A DNA stretch of 64,000 bases. Origin: Tubulanus polymorphus (Eukaryota > Animalia > Nemertea). Below are positions 1 through 13,700 of the stretch, piece by piece. Positions within the stretch are counted from its first letter, which is position 1, and every line of letters begins with the position of its first letter. Under the pieces are notes generated by a model. The model saw only the letters and a list, made by a program, of their open reading frames with translations. It made no database searches and had not been told where the DNA came from. The stretch is taken from contig NC_134030.1 of assembly GCF_964204645.1 (NCBI RefSeq), positions 2,894,778 to 2,958,777 of the forward strand. Direction: 5' to 3'. The translations under genes were made by a program, and so were the position numbers.

Positions 1-779
1 ATCTCACTGGATATCGACCGCGTTATATCGATTTTATTCGTCTTTCCTAATAAAAACACTAATTTCACTTTAGATCTATACGGTCGCTGTTCGAGGTACG
101 TCGCCCACGTTTCTCTTACGAGTTTCCTTTTCGCGAAATTCCCCGGCGCCGAGAACACAACAATAATCAAATCCAAATCGTCTTCGTTCATGTCTTTAGT
201 AATCGACATATTGAATAGTTGAGGCGGCGGATTGGCCGTGTTGATTTCGTACGGGTTTGACTTTGATTCGTTTAATGATATGACGCTGATTTCGTTTGTG
301 CGATAAACCGTTATATTGCTTCTGGTAGATATGTTAAATGCAATCATTAAACAGGTTAAAAATGCAAAAACGACCAGCAAAGCTCTTCGACGAAACAGAA
401 ACTTCGAGGCCCGAACTGAAAATAGAAGATATAAAGTTAATTGCTGCCTAAGAATTATTCAGTTTTCTGTTTCTCTCAAGGGTCCCCATTTTACTGTAAC
501 CTCTCAATAGGGTTTACAATTATTCAACAAATAATCAGAATCAGAATCGATTTCGGATATTCATTGTCAATAAGTAACATATGCGGCATATTATTCAGTA
601 GGCTGTCTGGTTTTGTGGTTTCACGCGGGTCTGATATTTTCATGTTGGCGCCCATCCGACTAGAAAATCTAACCATTTCATATTCTGATAAATGTATGTT
701 TACCGGTGATTTCAGAGAAGAATAGACGGATCCTCATGAGTATTAACCTACCCCAAACTGCCGTGCTTAACCTCTCCAT
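1..779 (-). CDS. GT31-family beta-1,3-galactosyltransferase-like protein, 5' part (exons 779-752 and 415-<1; runs off the window)
   Basis: Manual splice (GT/AG, phase 1) gives MERLSTAVWVRASKFLFRRRALLVVFAFLTCLMIAF..., a type II TM anchor, then a stem, then DLIIVVFSAPGNFAKRKLVRETWA...KVKLVFLLGK...ISSE. This matches the S-x-P-x-N-x-x-x-R-x-x-x-R-x-TW and VFLLG motifs of Galactosyl_T enzymes. Absent from the ORF track because it is truncated by the window edge. Confidence 0.85.
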
Positions 780-1859
780 ATAACGACAAGCGATGCGACG
801 CATTTTAGTATACGTGGACTTACTGTCCCAGCGACAAGCATATGTTCACCGGGCGACGTAGGCTGTTTGCTTATCGCGTCGTACATTGTACCGGCTAAAC
901 ATACGCAACGTATATTTGACCACGGACGTATAAACTAGTTCACGATATGACGGGCGATGCCCTTTATTCATTAAGCCCAACGTCCACCTCGTAAACAGGA
1001 TACAGACATGTTTCCCTCACGTGCGTTTACGAGATTTCGGGGAAAACAACGTTTACGAGATCAAACACGTTTGATTCCGCGTGTTCATGTGCGTGTTGTG
1101 CGTTGGGCTTTTGGACGAGTGTAGTTTTCAGTTGCCGTTTGAGAATACATTAGTTATCCCGGATCGCAAACTCTATATCGACCGCACGCTATTATCAGGT
1201 TTACAGGATAAGATAGAGCGTATTTTCGTCGTAACGAACGCTTATTCCTGAATCGGCAGTACCAATCGAATCCGAAAGAGATTTGCCGAGTGCGATCAAA
1301 GAACTGAAATATTTCGACGAGTAAATTTTTGATTCCCACGGCTGCGAAATCAGAACTTTCACGAGAAAATCAGAAATTACTTTTCTTGCGTGTTGTAAAT
1401 GTTTTGTGCGCAGGTTTACATTACGTGTAGGTAATAATTACATACACGCGTCCAAGATACTTTTGAATCGTATAATCAAGAGATTTGTTATATCTTTAAT
1501 ACTTACGGGTCTCTCGTGTCCACACTGCCATCTTTATCTTGACACTATCCTGTAGACCTATCACTTATGTATATACCGTCATTCGGTCATTTATTATATG
1601 GAACGGCTATAGTAGTGACCAAAATGCTCATGTGTGTGCACACTTTTCACTTGTGCTGACGAGTGGTTCCCGTCTGGACAGGCCGAAAATCCACAAAGAA
1701 TCGTCCGGTAATAACAGGGCCATACGCTACCTTGATTTCGTGACGGTTTAAGAAACGTTAATTCGTCAAACAGTGACGTTGCTCACGACAAATAGAGGAA
1801 CAGTCCTTGTAGCGACACAAAAAGGCACTTTTTGAAATTCCATAAAAAATTCTTGTTTA

Positions 1860-2440
1860 AATTTCATTTCATTTCATTTTTGTTGTTCCACAAAAACATG
1901 TTTTGCACAGAACATTCATACATTTCATTTTAACAGTGGATAGTATTGTACAGCGAAGCAAATCGTTGACAAGTTTACGTAAAGAGACACATATACATGT
2001 ACGCTGGATAAATATTACGGGGCCTCGTTTACGCACCCCCAACTAATTTACAAAAGTTACTCAGTTTTACCGCCAGCTTGTGCGTATTGAAAAGTTCCCC
2101 CAGGTTTTCTATTGTTGGTACCCCCCCCCCCCCCAATAGTAACGCGAGAAAAGGCGCGCTCTTTCATTCGCATATACAGGGCATTCTAAAATGGCATGTC
2201 TTTCATCCCCCAGGGTTTGGGTGTTACACTTCATACATCATAGGGTTCCTTCATCCAGATATGCTCGGTAAATTGCGTTGTACATTCTACTAGACAAAGT
2301 GGATCCATTCTTCATCACCAGACCTGCCCAAAATTTAACCATACGTGCCTTAATTTCTTCTTCTAGAGGGGGGCTCCTATTATCTAAACTCTTTATTATT
2401 TACACGTAGGGCTAGGGGCTTGTTACATTACTCGACGGAA
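1860..2440 (-). mobile_element. Degenerate non-LTR retrotransposon (LINE) 3' fragment
   Basis: Minus-strand remnant PPLEEEIKARMVKFWAGLVMKNGSTLSSRMYN resembles the post-RT 'PL..IK.RM..W' segment of invertebrate LINE ORF2. It ends in a short (ATGAA)n tail near 1860-1880. Confidence 0.5.
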
Positions 2441-2651
2441 TTTCTTTCACAAATGATTCGCCTGCGATTGAATTCGAGAGACCAAGATTGATAAATTCGG
2501 TGCGAACACTGATCTAATGAGTCCAATTCTTTTCGCCGAATCTACTCGGTTGAGGTGAAACACAGCGGTTAAAATTTGACAATCGTCGATAAAAATCTGG
2601 CACATTAGGCTATAAGAATTGATTGCTTGTTTCTTATTTCCGTTGAGCTTA

Positions 2652-3045
2652 AACGTTGACCCGGCCGGCCGCCTATCTATACCCTGTACATTACTTGCTA
2701 ACAATGACAGACCTGGAAGCTTTAGAAATAAACTGATTACACAACTTAATTGCAACGAGAGAAATCCCACAATAACGAAACCAAGATTGAGAAATTCTAT
2801 ATCAGAATGATTATATTTGAGGAGCGACGTTTCGGCTGACAACTGTTAGCCATCATCGGGCGTACTGAGAACAAAATCATATAACAGGATTGAAGAACAA
2901 TTTTACGATCCGTGAGAAACATGATAGGCCGGGAAGACACACAATATCCGTGTATGATAACGAGAGATATCCCACAATAACGAAGCCAGGATTGAAAAAT
3001 TCTATAAACGTAACCCAGCCGATTAAGGTATCATTTTTAGCCATA
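2652..3045. repeat. Dispersed repeat shared with about 31727-31900, including a hammerhead-motif segment shared with 27090-27235
   Basis: gttgacccggccggccgc...tagaaataaactgattaca and ccagccgatta...aaggtatcatttt recur at 31727-31900. ttctatatcagaatgatt.tatttgaggagcgacgtttcggct recurs at 27096-27140. Confidence 0.75.
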
Positions 3046-3304
3046 TGCTTGGTGTATTGATTCGGCGAACATCGATTGGCCGCCCGAAATCCACTAAGAC
3101 TGTTACAAGCCTTCATCTTCAGACGTGATACTAAATCCAAGACAAGGAAGTAAAACAACAGGCGGCTCCAGAATAAATAGTTTATTAGTCAAAAATGATT
3201 CTATCAACAAGCATTGAACAATCGTAAAACAATCGCCCCATCAGCGGCTCTAATTCTCCATATCAATCAATTTAACACTTGAATTAATTAATTAAAACAA
3301 AATG

Positions 3305-3403
3305 AACTGGGCCTAGTTTCACAAAAACAGATTTAATGTCTTCGTTTATTCAGTTTAACTAAAATGGATTTGGGAGTTAAACCTGTTTTGTGGAACTGGG
3401 CCC
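3305..3403. mobile_element. About 100-bp MITE family with GGGCCCAGTT(T/C)CAC...GTG(G/A)AACTGGGCCC termini (Harbinger-like)
   Basis: Terminal inverted repeats are visible. Related copies or sub-families lie at about 6333-6442, 20474-20580, 28905-28991, 29912-29982, 43826-43928 and, partially, 62893. Superfamily assignment is an inference from the GGGCC termini. Confidence 0.7.
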
Positions 3404-4604
3404 GACGTCGTTGTCGCCGTTATAAGTCACATGACATTCTATGAAGTCTATCACATATTATTCAGTTGGATTATCATTTATTTACAAACTTCATATTTAC
3501 ACATACATTAAAATAGCACCTTTTTACGAGTCGAAATAAAACAACATTAGAGAGAAAGAGGGATAAAATTCTATGAGTTATTTGCCTCGGATTTTAATGA
3601 CAAAATCTACAGAAACCGTTATTACTTAAAAAATCATCAATCAAAGCTCAACATCCACTGATCTAGCGCGTGTTCGCTTGACGGCCAAAATGACGTCGTA
3701 TTTCCTTAACCAATGCATAGAATCAATTTGAAACTGGGGCCAGTTTTCGCTGAGCAAAAAATGCGTCAATCTTCTCTCTTACGATGAATTTTTAAAAACT
3801 GGCAGTACTATTAAGGCACAGTAAAGGCTGGTTCTCGTGTGCGGTTTCTAACCGGGAGATTTTGCAACATATTTGTCCAGCTCGGAGGTCAGTCGCTAAC
3901 TGGAAACAATCGCTTGTGAAATCCAGCCTGAAGGCAAAGTAATATGTAAGTGCATAGAGTCGTCGCTGAAAGGATCTGAACAAATGGAAATAATATATAA
4001 ACCGCGAACATATCACATACATGTAGATGAATAACCGAATGATTCAACTTTCATAAACGCACGTAAACAGATAACTCTTCGGTTTAATCAGTTGCATGTT
4101 TACTCTATGAATGAAGCGGATGAATAGATGACTATTATCTGAACGATCCAGTAATCTCAAACACGCGGTCATGTTTATTCAACTAACAATAGCGAATTCA
4201 ATTCAAATTTTCGTCTTCGAAATTAAATATTTACAGTTGCTTGTTAAAGCATAATGTCGTATATGTATAATGAATGGTACAGTAGACTCGTCCTCATTAC
4301 TAGGTGACGGACAAATCAGTGACTTTCAACAACATCTACCGATATTTGGCCGAGTCTACTGCACGTAAAAGCACCTTGGATACATCATATTGATTCTTCT
4401 GTACAACTTACGGACATCTTACGGTTAAGATTAATGCACCGTATAAATCTAATAAATACCATAGTAACACTGCAGTTTAATTCCTTAGGTTATCTTGTAG
4501 TTTCAATAGCCTTTGTGCTCCTGCTGCCTACGCCCACCCTTCGGACAAATACACAAAACAATTCGTTCGGTCCCCATATTCTTGATGATGATCATCAGGG
4601 GTGG

Positions 4605-4690
4605 GTACAGACAGCAGGTTGCCTGAGGGGTGCAGGATACAGACAGCAGATTGCCTGAGGGATGCAGGATACAGACAGCAGATTGACAGT
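4605..4690. repeat. 32-bp minisatellite (about 2.5 copies) in the FYCO1 3' region
   Basis: tacagacagca(g)(g/a)ttgcctgaggg(g/a)tgcagga is repeated. Confidence 0.85.
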
Positions 4691-4794
4691 TGCCAAATTA
4701 AAATCCTTCAGATGATTCGAATTTCGAGGTTAGCATCATCTATTGCTTTGATGAGAAAGAAATAATGTACAACAGTTACATAAGCAAACTTTCA

Positions 4795-7700
4795 TTAGCT
4801 GCTGTTCTGTTCTTTCACTTGTAACTTGTATGTCAGATTATTGGATGTAAACCTACAAAATAAAGGAAAATATTAAGACGACGGATGTAAGATTTCAGAC
4901 TTTAAATGTAATCGCGAAGTTTTATTTACCTGGAGCTGGTATTGTTGAATAGTAGCGTGTATATACCGTGTTGCCTCGCGACTAGTTCACCTTGGACAGC
5001 TTGTTTGTGTGAATTACATTTACAAGTCGGGACTAAAACCTGTGCGTTTTGCGCTGATGTTGATTCATCTGATCGGTACGTGACGCTAAACGGAACGCTC
5101 TACCGATAAAAACAAACACAATTAACTAAATAACAGGGTCAATTCATCAAAGACTGTCTAAATATCACGGACCCGAGCCAGTAGCTTTTAAGGAGTTATT
5201 CACTGATAAACACTGTTTAACAGTAAACAACCTTTCAGAGAGTTAACACGGTGTCAAAACGTTGAAGACTGACCTTAAGTTGGATCGGCTAAAGAACCAA
5301 AATTAGCTTACACCAATCTAGCTGTTAGATTGGTTATAGAACCAATAAGACTGGTCTTAAAATCGAAGTTTTGACTATGCAACTGACCCTAGGTAAATGG
5401 TTATAAACGTGGCAGGGAATCGTATTTTACCTTTGGTTCAGTTTTGAATTGCCAGCACAGTTTTGTTCCGATATCTTTAATCAAGACGGTAACTGCATAC
5501 ATTTTTCCAGGTGATATGGTCACCGTACATTCAGTCGGTTCTGTAATCTCTAATGCTGTTTGTATACCATTAGTCTCAATACTGAAAATCCAGATTCGAT
5601 TCATTCATGATTTTAAGTTAAGACTTTCAATGAAATAGTCGACTTTTGGCAGAGAGTTGAATAATCGATAAACCACAACAAAATCACAACAAAATTCATC
5701 CTTATATATTACAACACGATTGATCTCACCGAGTCACTTCGTATTCATCAGGTATAACAAAATATATATGAAATATATATATAATAGAAAATGTTCAGTA
5801 GGGCGTATAAGCCCACAGCAGAAATATACAACTATTTAGAATATGAAGATCTACACAGATTAATACTAGGTGTGACAGCATTTCAGAATATATAAGGCAC
5901 CACTAGCGCAATAAATGTTTAGTTAAGGTTGGCATGATTTTATGAGTATGCCCTCAAATGATTGAGCATTCCTAATCACTATTTCTGGTCCAATATAGAA
6001 CAGAACGACGGGTTGATTGTAATTAATATAACATTGTCTCCATAGAATGAGCGCTCACCAATACTGACCTATCACTACTTGAACTCGTCGCAGGATTATT
6101 ACCAGACATCGACAGCGAACGAGCGATCTCCTCTTCGCTGATCAGATGAAACGCGTCGTCGTCGTCGTCGATACCATTGTTGCCGTCGTCCGTCGTAACA
6201 CCGCTGATAATATCGTCGTCGGTGACAACTGCGTGAGACGTTAAATCATCGGTCGTCGAGTGGAAATCACTAGAATTAACAATGAGTTCGAAAAAAATAA
6301 ACAACTATATCGGATAGATAGTGGATATCACCAGGGCCCAGTTTCACAAACAGGTTTAACTCTTAAATCGATTTAATTTCTTCGTTAATTCAGTTTATCT
6401 TAAATCGATTTAGGCCTTAATCCTTTTCGTGAAACTGGGCCCAGGGTCCCTACAGATCAGTCATTCCTGGATATAAGGATTTTTTTAAATATAGGGTATA
6501 AAATATATTTCAAGGAAGCGTCTGAATCCCTTTTATATCCAAATTTCAGTAGACTCCTCATCGGTACTGTTTGTCATGGTAACTCAGTTATTCAGTGGTT
6601 TTATAAGTGAATTTTTATCCTTGTCGCTACTAAACTCTGTTTCTAATTCAGAAGATACCTAATAGGTAACAAATAGATCCTGGTTCCAACTGTTACGATA
6701 TACACATAGTCTAATGTACAACTACTTAAGTATCTAATTGCCTATTTCTGAGTTTGAAAAGAGTTTCTGACTTTTTGCTCAAATAAAAGGAGTTTCAAGC
6801 ACCTTCAAAAGCACTTTCTGTTCATAAAGTTTTTAAGGAAACAAGGAGTCATGTTGACCCTGTGCTCCTGATTTTACCTGTTATTTGTGGCGGTTAGTTT
6901 CCCAGTTTTATATTCGTCGGTTGCGTTAGTAGGCACTGGCGAGTATGGAATGTCGGAAGTATCGGTAAAAATATCTGGCGAATCGGGAATATTCAAACCT
7001 AATGACGGAGGTGACGGATTCAGAGAACTACGACTTGTGTCTATATCTGAAAAATGATGATAATGTATGCAAAAATATGTTAATATATGCACAAAAATAT
7101 GTTAATTTATTCATAAATGTAGTCAAATTCATCATTTACCGGTGTTATCGATGCTAGTATCATTAGAGATAACACTATTCCACGTTTCACGACGTAAGTT
7201 CGGTATTTGTACGCTCATTTCTTCATCCAGGTCGATATCGTTCGTTAGATTGCCTTCTTTTTCGACTTCGCGTTCGATGAAACATTTGTTACAAACTCGC
7301 GATTTTTTACTGACGAAACGAGAAAAAGAAGCTTTTAAAACTTCGAGCGATTCGATTGAAATCTTCGCGCATCTAATCATGATTGACCACACTCAAACGT
7401 GGTGAACGGGTAATAAGATAAAAACCCACTATCTACAGATTAAAAGAATTTAAAAAACAAGAATTTATTTATTCAATCTAAAATATATAGAATATACAAC
7501 GTTTCGATCTCACCCTAGAGTCCCACACGTGACGATGATCTCTATGGTGAGATCGAAACATCGTGTATTCTATATATTTTAGATTGAATAAATAAATTCT
7601 TGTTTTTAAATTCTTTTAATCCGTAGATAGTGGGTTTCTATCTTATGATTGAGATGTATTCATACCTGCTATGAGTCGTAAGTATCCAGTTATTGCTGCA

Positions 7701-10700
7701 GTTGTGACAGAATATTCGACCGCACAAACGACAGTGATGTTTTCGCACCATGAATGAAAACTCAGCGCGACAACCGAGACAACATTCAGCGTCTAAATCT
7801 GCCATCCACGTTTCCGCCGCTTTAATCCTCTGTTGATATTCCAATTTATCCGTCTTCTTCCACAGCGAGTCTTTTTCTCTATAAAAGTAAACAGGAATCG
7901 GAAGCTTTTAAAACTAAACATCGTACGGGATTTTCATCGGTTTCAACCGATTTATCAACTTGAACTTGAACTTATATTCATTGCGCCGTGTATAACATTT
8001 ATACATAGGATAAGACATGCAATAAATTTACAGGACAAAACATTAAAGAATGGCATTAAATAGAGAATACATAATACATAGTATCAACACTTACTTCATG
8101 AGTTTGATAAGTTTTTTCTTTAGTTCGACAGTATCGTTCACTAACATTGCCAATTCGTCTTCTTTCTTCTTCATCAAATCGTTAAAATGACTCGTTAAAC
8201 TGACTATTTCATTCTGAAAAACATCAATCGCAAACCTGTCCAAACTATTTTAACTCTCAGATCGGGCGACCTCACTACGTTACGTACCTGTTGTTTTTTA
8301 GCAGTAGTCTTTTCCTCCTCATATAATTTCGTTGTCTGAAAAAGATGTAGATTTTTGGATGCATAAATCAAACATAATAACGACGTATGGTGACAATTAT
8401 TGTGGCTGGAATGGTCAGTATTGTAACCAGTATTGTGGTCAGTTGAACCGACCTTTTTCAATGTTTCATTCAGCTGTTTGATGTTGTTTTCTCGTTCTAA
8501 CGACTCAAGTTTCAATTCGTTGATCTCCTGCCATTGTTTCTCTTGTTCGATGTCGCGTTCGTCTTTGATTTCCTGCATTTCCAACTCGAGCGTTTCGATC
8601 AAAGTTTCCTGGTCGTTCATTTGATCGACCATTTTTGCCAGGTCGAATCCTTGAACGGCGAAACCCTGAAAAATCCAGGAGATTAATAGCAGCAGTAGAC
8701 ACAAAAACCGACGATCATTAATAATAATAATAATAAAAAGTTCTTTGAAAGCGCTTTTCCGCAGTATCCCACGCTCAAAGCGCTATCTCCTGGAAATACT
8801 GCAAAAACAGATATGTCTTTAGAGCGTTGCGAAAAGATCCTTCGTCAATTAGATCAACACAGATGTTTCTAACGTGTTGGCAGAATACTTCTAGCCATAT
8901 TCAGAGTACTTATTTGAATGTTGCGTAATGTATATATCATATTCAGTTTAAACGCTCTGAAGATGATTACCTTCCCCATAGGATAGAACGACAACATACA
9001 GGTTTTGTTGTTCATCTTATGATTGAAGGTTTTACCCTCAGAACGAGAAGCTGGATCAAAGAATTGCTCGAGAAATATTGAAAACGAATAAAAAACTGGC
9101 TCAGATGAATAACTAACTAACCTTTAAAGCTGTTTCGTGATGTAATTTTTCAGCTTCTAATCGATACTGCATTTTAGCCCTGTCATCGTTAATCGTAGCC
9201 GTAAGTTGTTCTATTTCTTCTTCCGCCGAAGTCAGATTCTCGTCGGCGAGCGACAGCTCTTCTCGTAATTTCGCACATGTTTCGCAACGACTACACGGAT
9301 CAGTCTCATCCTGTAATAAACATCAACGTTGAAGAGATCATTATCTCAGAGATCGAACGCGGCTCATTAATAACTCAAACTTACATGGTTCGCTTGTTGA
9401 CCATTATCAGCAGCATCTGCCCAACTATCCTCATCACTTGATCTACGCTGTTCAACCTGCACAAAAATCAACACTAAATCATTCCTTCGGTACGTTCTGT
9501 GTGATGAGATGTTGTTAATGTATTCAGGGTTTTCAACCTTTATCGTTTAAGGAGAAACCTTCTTAACGAGTCATTTGGAGTGTTTTTGTTGTTGTAACAT
9601 AGAATACGTCTTCAGTTTATTATACGTTAAGAATTTCAATAATCAATATTTCAGGGTTATATTTAGATCAGAGAATCCAAAATACCCTGATTTTCCCCAA
9701 TCCTTGAATTTCCCTTGATTTTCAAGAACATCAGAATTCCCTAATTTTCCCTGATCTGTAAGAAAGAACCCTGTGAACTGAATTATTTCAATGATATTGA
9801 TTGACTAATTGATCGATAGATTACCGGTTTAGATTCTGATTCACTCTTTTCGACCGATCCCGACTGATAATTCTCCGATTCGTGAATCACCAGCGGTAAC
9901 GTCGATTCTTCGGCGACCTGGTTCTCCGACGATTCGCGTTCGATCTTCGCGATGTAGTCGGCGTTCATCTGCGCGAGACGTTCGACCTCGCGCTCGAGTT
10001 CTCGGTGATCCTCACGCAGTTCCTCGTATTCTCGTTGTACGTCCCTTAACGCGGCGCATTCAACCTTCAATGAATCAATGAATTTCTCAATCAGGGTTTC
10101 CAGTGGTAAGTCCAGGGTAAAAAGAAGTACTAAGAAGGACTTGTTCGGCAATTTTAACCCCAAAAGGAAGGACATTTTTGCTCGGAAAGAAGTAATTTCC
10201 AGTTTAATGAGGCCGATAAGGGAGCATTACGCAATGCCTTTGCCGGAATACTATAGTCATGTAGACCAGTCATACATTTCAGGGTAATTCCATAGCTCTT
10301 TCCTGTATATTCAATCTTACTGATAATTGAATTACCAGGTCAAAACGTAATTAGTAAAGTCAAAAAATACCTTCAATTCATCGATGTAACTGTAACAGTT
10401 TTTCAGTTTATTTTCGGCGACTGATTTCGATTTTTCGACGATTGTTAGCGTATCCTGGACGATGTCTAATTCTTCCTCTTTCTCGACCCAGCGTTGTTTA
10501 TATTCGTCTCCGCTCGCTTTCAACAATTCTGTTTCGTCGCGTGATTCACGCAGTTGAGTTTTCATCGTTTCGAGTTCGGCGCCGATCAACTCTTTATCGC
10601 GAATCAGGTTTTCTAATTGCCGATTCATATCGTGGATATTCGAGTCGTTTTGAGCGCTAGATTCTTGAGAACCTTGTTGTAAAGTTTCCGTAGTAATCAC

Positions 10701-13700
10701 AGCCTCGACTATCGTACTTTTCTCTGAATTGGTCGATTCAGTTTTTTCGACTGATTCTGCTTTATCTAGACGGACGGCGTCTTCACGAGATAACCGCGTA
10801 GAGCATCGATTACAAACCGAGTCGCCGATCAGCCGGTCGTAACTGGCTCTTTCACGCTCGAAATCCGACTTCAGAATTTCGATCTTCTCCTCGAACGCGA
10901 CGACCAACGATTTCTCGAGTAAATCCTGATCTTGTTCGAGACTCTTTTTCTCTTCGATGATTGCCTCGATGCGGTTCCTCATTCGCACGTTCTCGTCGTT
11001 GATGTGCTCTTTCTCGGCGAGCAGACGCTCGTTGTCTTGTTGCAAACTCTCGAAGCTCGTCGACATCACCGTCACGCGATCTTCGAACGATCGGATCTGC
11101 GTTTCAAATCGGCGACTGCTTTCGTTCGCCGTCTCGACCAGGTCCTGTAGCAGCTTCATTTCATTGTTCAATCGTTTATTGGTGACGTCCATCAACGCGA
11201 GGCGTTTCTCGCGACCTCCAAGTTCGGTCTCGAGTTCGACCATCAACACGCGCAGTTTTTCGATTTGTTCGAGTTTTTCGTTGATTTCCGCGCGTAATCG
11301 ATCCATATCTTTCTGTAAACACTGATTACTGTCCGTAAATCCATCAACCGTATCTTTTAACCCAGTCATAGTAGACTCCATATCATTCACCTGAATATAA
11401 TCAACATCAAGACAGATTAGTTGAAGATTCGCATTTCATAATTTCTGTTCGTAACTCAGTATTCCTGAAGATGACTATTAGAATATTGTCGAAACATTAA
11501 ATGAACTACTTGCTCAAGGAATCAGACTTAATATCATCTTTCCATTATTATTGTGGGATATAGCGTTTTATCAATGCTTATTTTACGTGACAGGGTTCAT
11601 AACAATCTACAATCTCATTCAATTGTGTTTAATATTTGAGGGTTTCAAGGATGAACTGTGCAAGTAAACGATGAATTGAATGCTGACCTTTTCTTCTAAT
11701 AGTTGAATTTCTAGATCTTTTTGTTTTATAGTATTCCGTAGCTCAACAGATTTATCCATTTCCTCGTCGACTAAAACCTGACGTAGTTCTAACTTACGAG
11801 ACAAATCAGCCTCGGCCTGCTCCAGTTTACTGACCATCGTTTTCAGGTCGGCATTCTCCAATTGGCTCATCTACAACGACATGATAAGAATTCAAACATC
11901 AACCGAGGCACTGAGGGTCCTGATATTCTCTCGACGAGGAGGAGAAGTTTGTACCTGTAGTTCTGATTGTATAGTCTCGTAATCCTGCTCTATAGAATTC
12001 AAGCGGGTTTTTAATTCGATATTTTGCGCGTCCGAGTGTCGTAGTTTACTCGACTGTAGCTGACGATCTTTGACGATATTCTCTATTTTATCAGCTACCG
12101 TTTCACTTATATTCGCAAATTCCTGAATAAATACAAGAACAGTAAATCAACCAGTGATCCCTATATGCTGGAATTCTAAAGGGGCTGCATTTATTGTTAA
12201 GTGTATGACATTGTGGCTGCTGAAGTATGCTTTCAAGGCTTGTTTAAAGCAAATTTTGGTGTAACCTTCTATTTTTCATGTTAGCTTTAATATATTTCAA
12301 AGCAACTATCAGCATTGATAGAATATCGACATTCACTCAGCTAGGGGCAACAGATATTCTATAAGGAATGGCTGAGTTTTAGCTGGGTGGATGTAAAAAT
12401 GAAATGGGTCTCTAAAATCTGTTGTGAAAACCACTGTATAGACGTGTATTACCACGAGATCAACAGCACATTTCTTTAATCATATTTACCGATATGGCTG
12501 CAGGTTTTATATCATTGCGATCTAGGGCTTCGAGAACAGTTTGTAACGCTTTCAATTTACTGCTGACGTCTTCATTTTCGTTCGTTAATGAATCTATTTT
12601 CACATTCAGCTGTTGAATTCGTACAGACTTCTCCTGAGATGAGGCTGAAATATTTAATGTGTAGTAAACTGTAGCCATTAATGAGCCAAATTCAAAGACT
12701 GAACAACTCCTTTCGAAGACCAGGGTCCCTACAACATGCCTGGATATACAGGGAAAAAATCTTTAATTAGGCATCCTAATAAGAAACCATTAATTCAGTG
12801 GTTTTAAAAGTAATTTTTATCCTTTACACTAACTGAACTCGGATTGATATTTGGTACCGCCTACACTTTACAAAAAAATCCTGTTTCCAACTGTACCAAA
12901 TTAGGCATAGTCTGATGTACAACTTCTGAAGTACCTAATCGTCTATTTCTCAAAATCGAAGGAGTTTTAAGGGAGTTTCTGATGTTTCTGACATCCTCAA
13001 ATTAAAGGAGTTTCAAGCACAGTTAAGAACATTTTCTGTTTAGGAACATCTTTAAGGAACTGAGGAGTTTAAGGAACCTGAATACCGTACCTTCTAATGT
13101 GGATAGTTTATGTTGTACTTGTACAACTTGTTTTTGTAAATGTTTCACGGATGAATTCGACTCTGTTTCATCATTGTCTCCGGTACAAACTAACTGCATC
13201 GTTTCAGCGAAACGTTTCTGATCTTCTTCCATCAATTTCACTCGACTTTGTAACATGTGACTCTCTCGTTCGATCTGCATTTAGAATCGTTTCAAATGTT
13301 TCAGTTAAAACACAACATATATCTGAATATCTGACTAAAAGACTAAGGAAACTGCTCATCACAGGGGCAGATTCAGGGTGACTTGCGAGACTTGTACCAG
13401 TCCACCAAATTACAAGTTATTTGTATAGCACAGTGAAACGAAGTTCAAAATGTGCTCCTCCAAATAAAAGGTTGAAATGAGCACAGAACAATTTGGTTTG
13501 GTTTTTATTAATGTTTAGAACTGAGTGAGTGACATATTTAACACATTACACGGAGAATCAACGTACTTATTGAATATTCCAAGGTCTAGAAGCAATCTGT
13601 GAAAATCTGGCTCTCTCGCCAAAATTGGGTAGGCGAAATTATAACATATTCACATTACCTGTATGTTCTTCTCTTCAAGATTTTTCATTTCACTGTGCTG

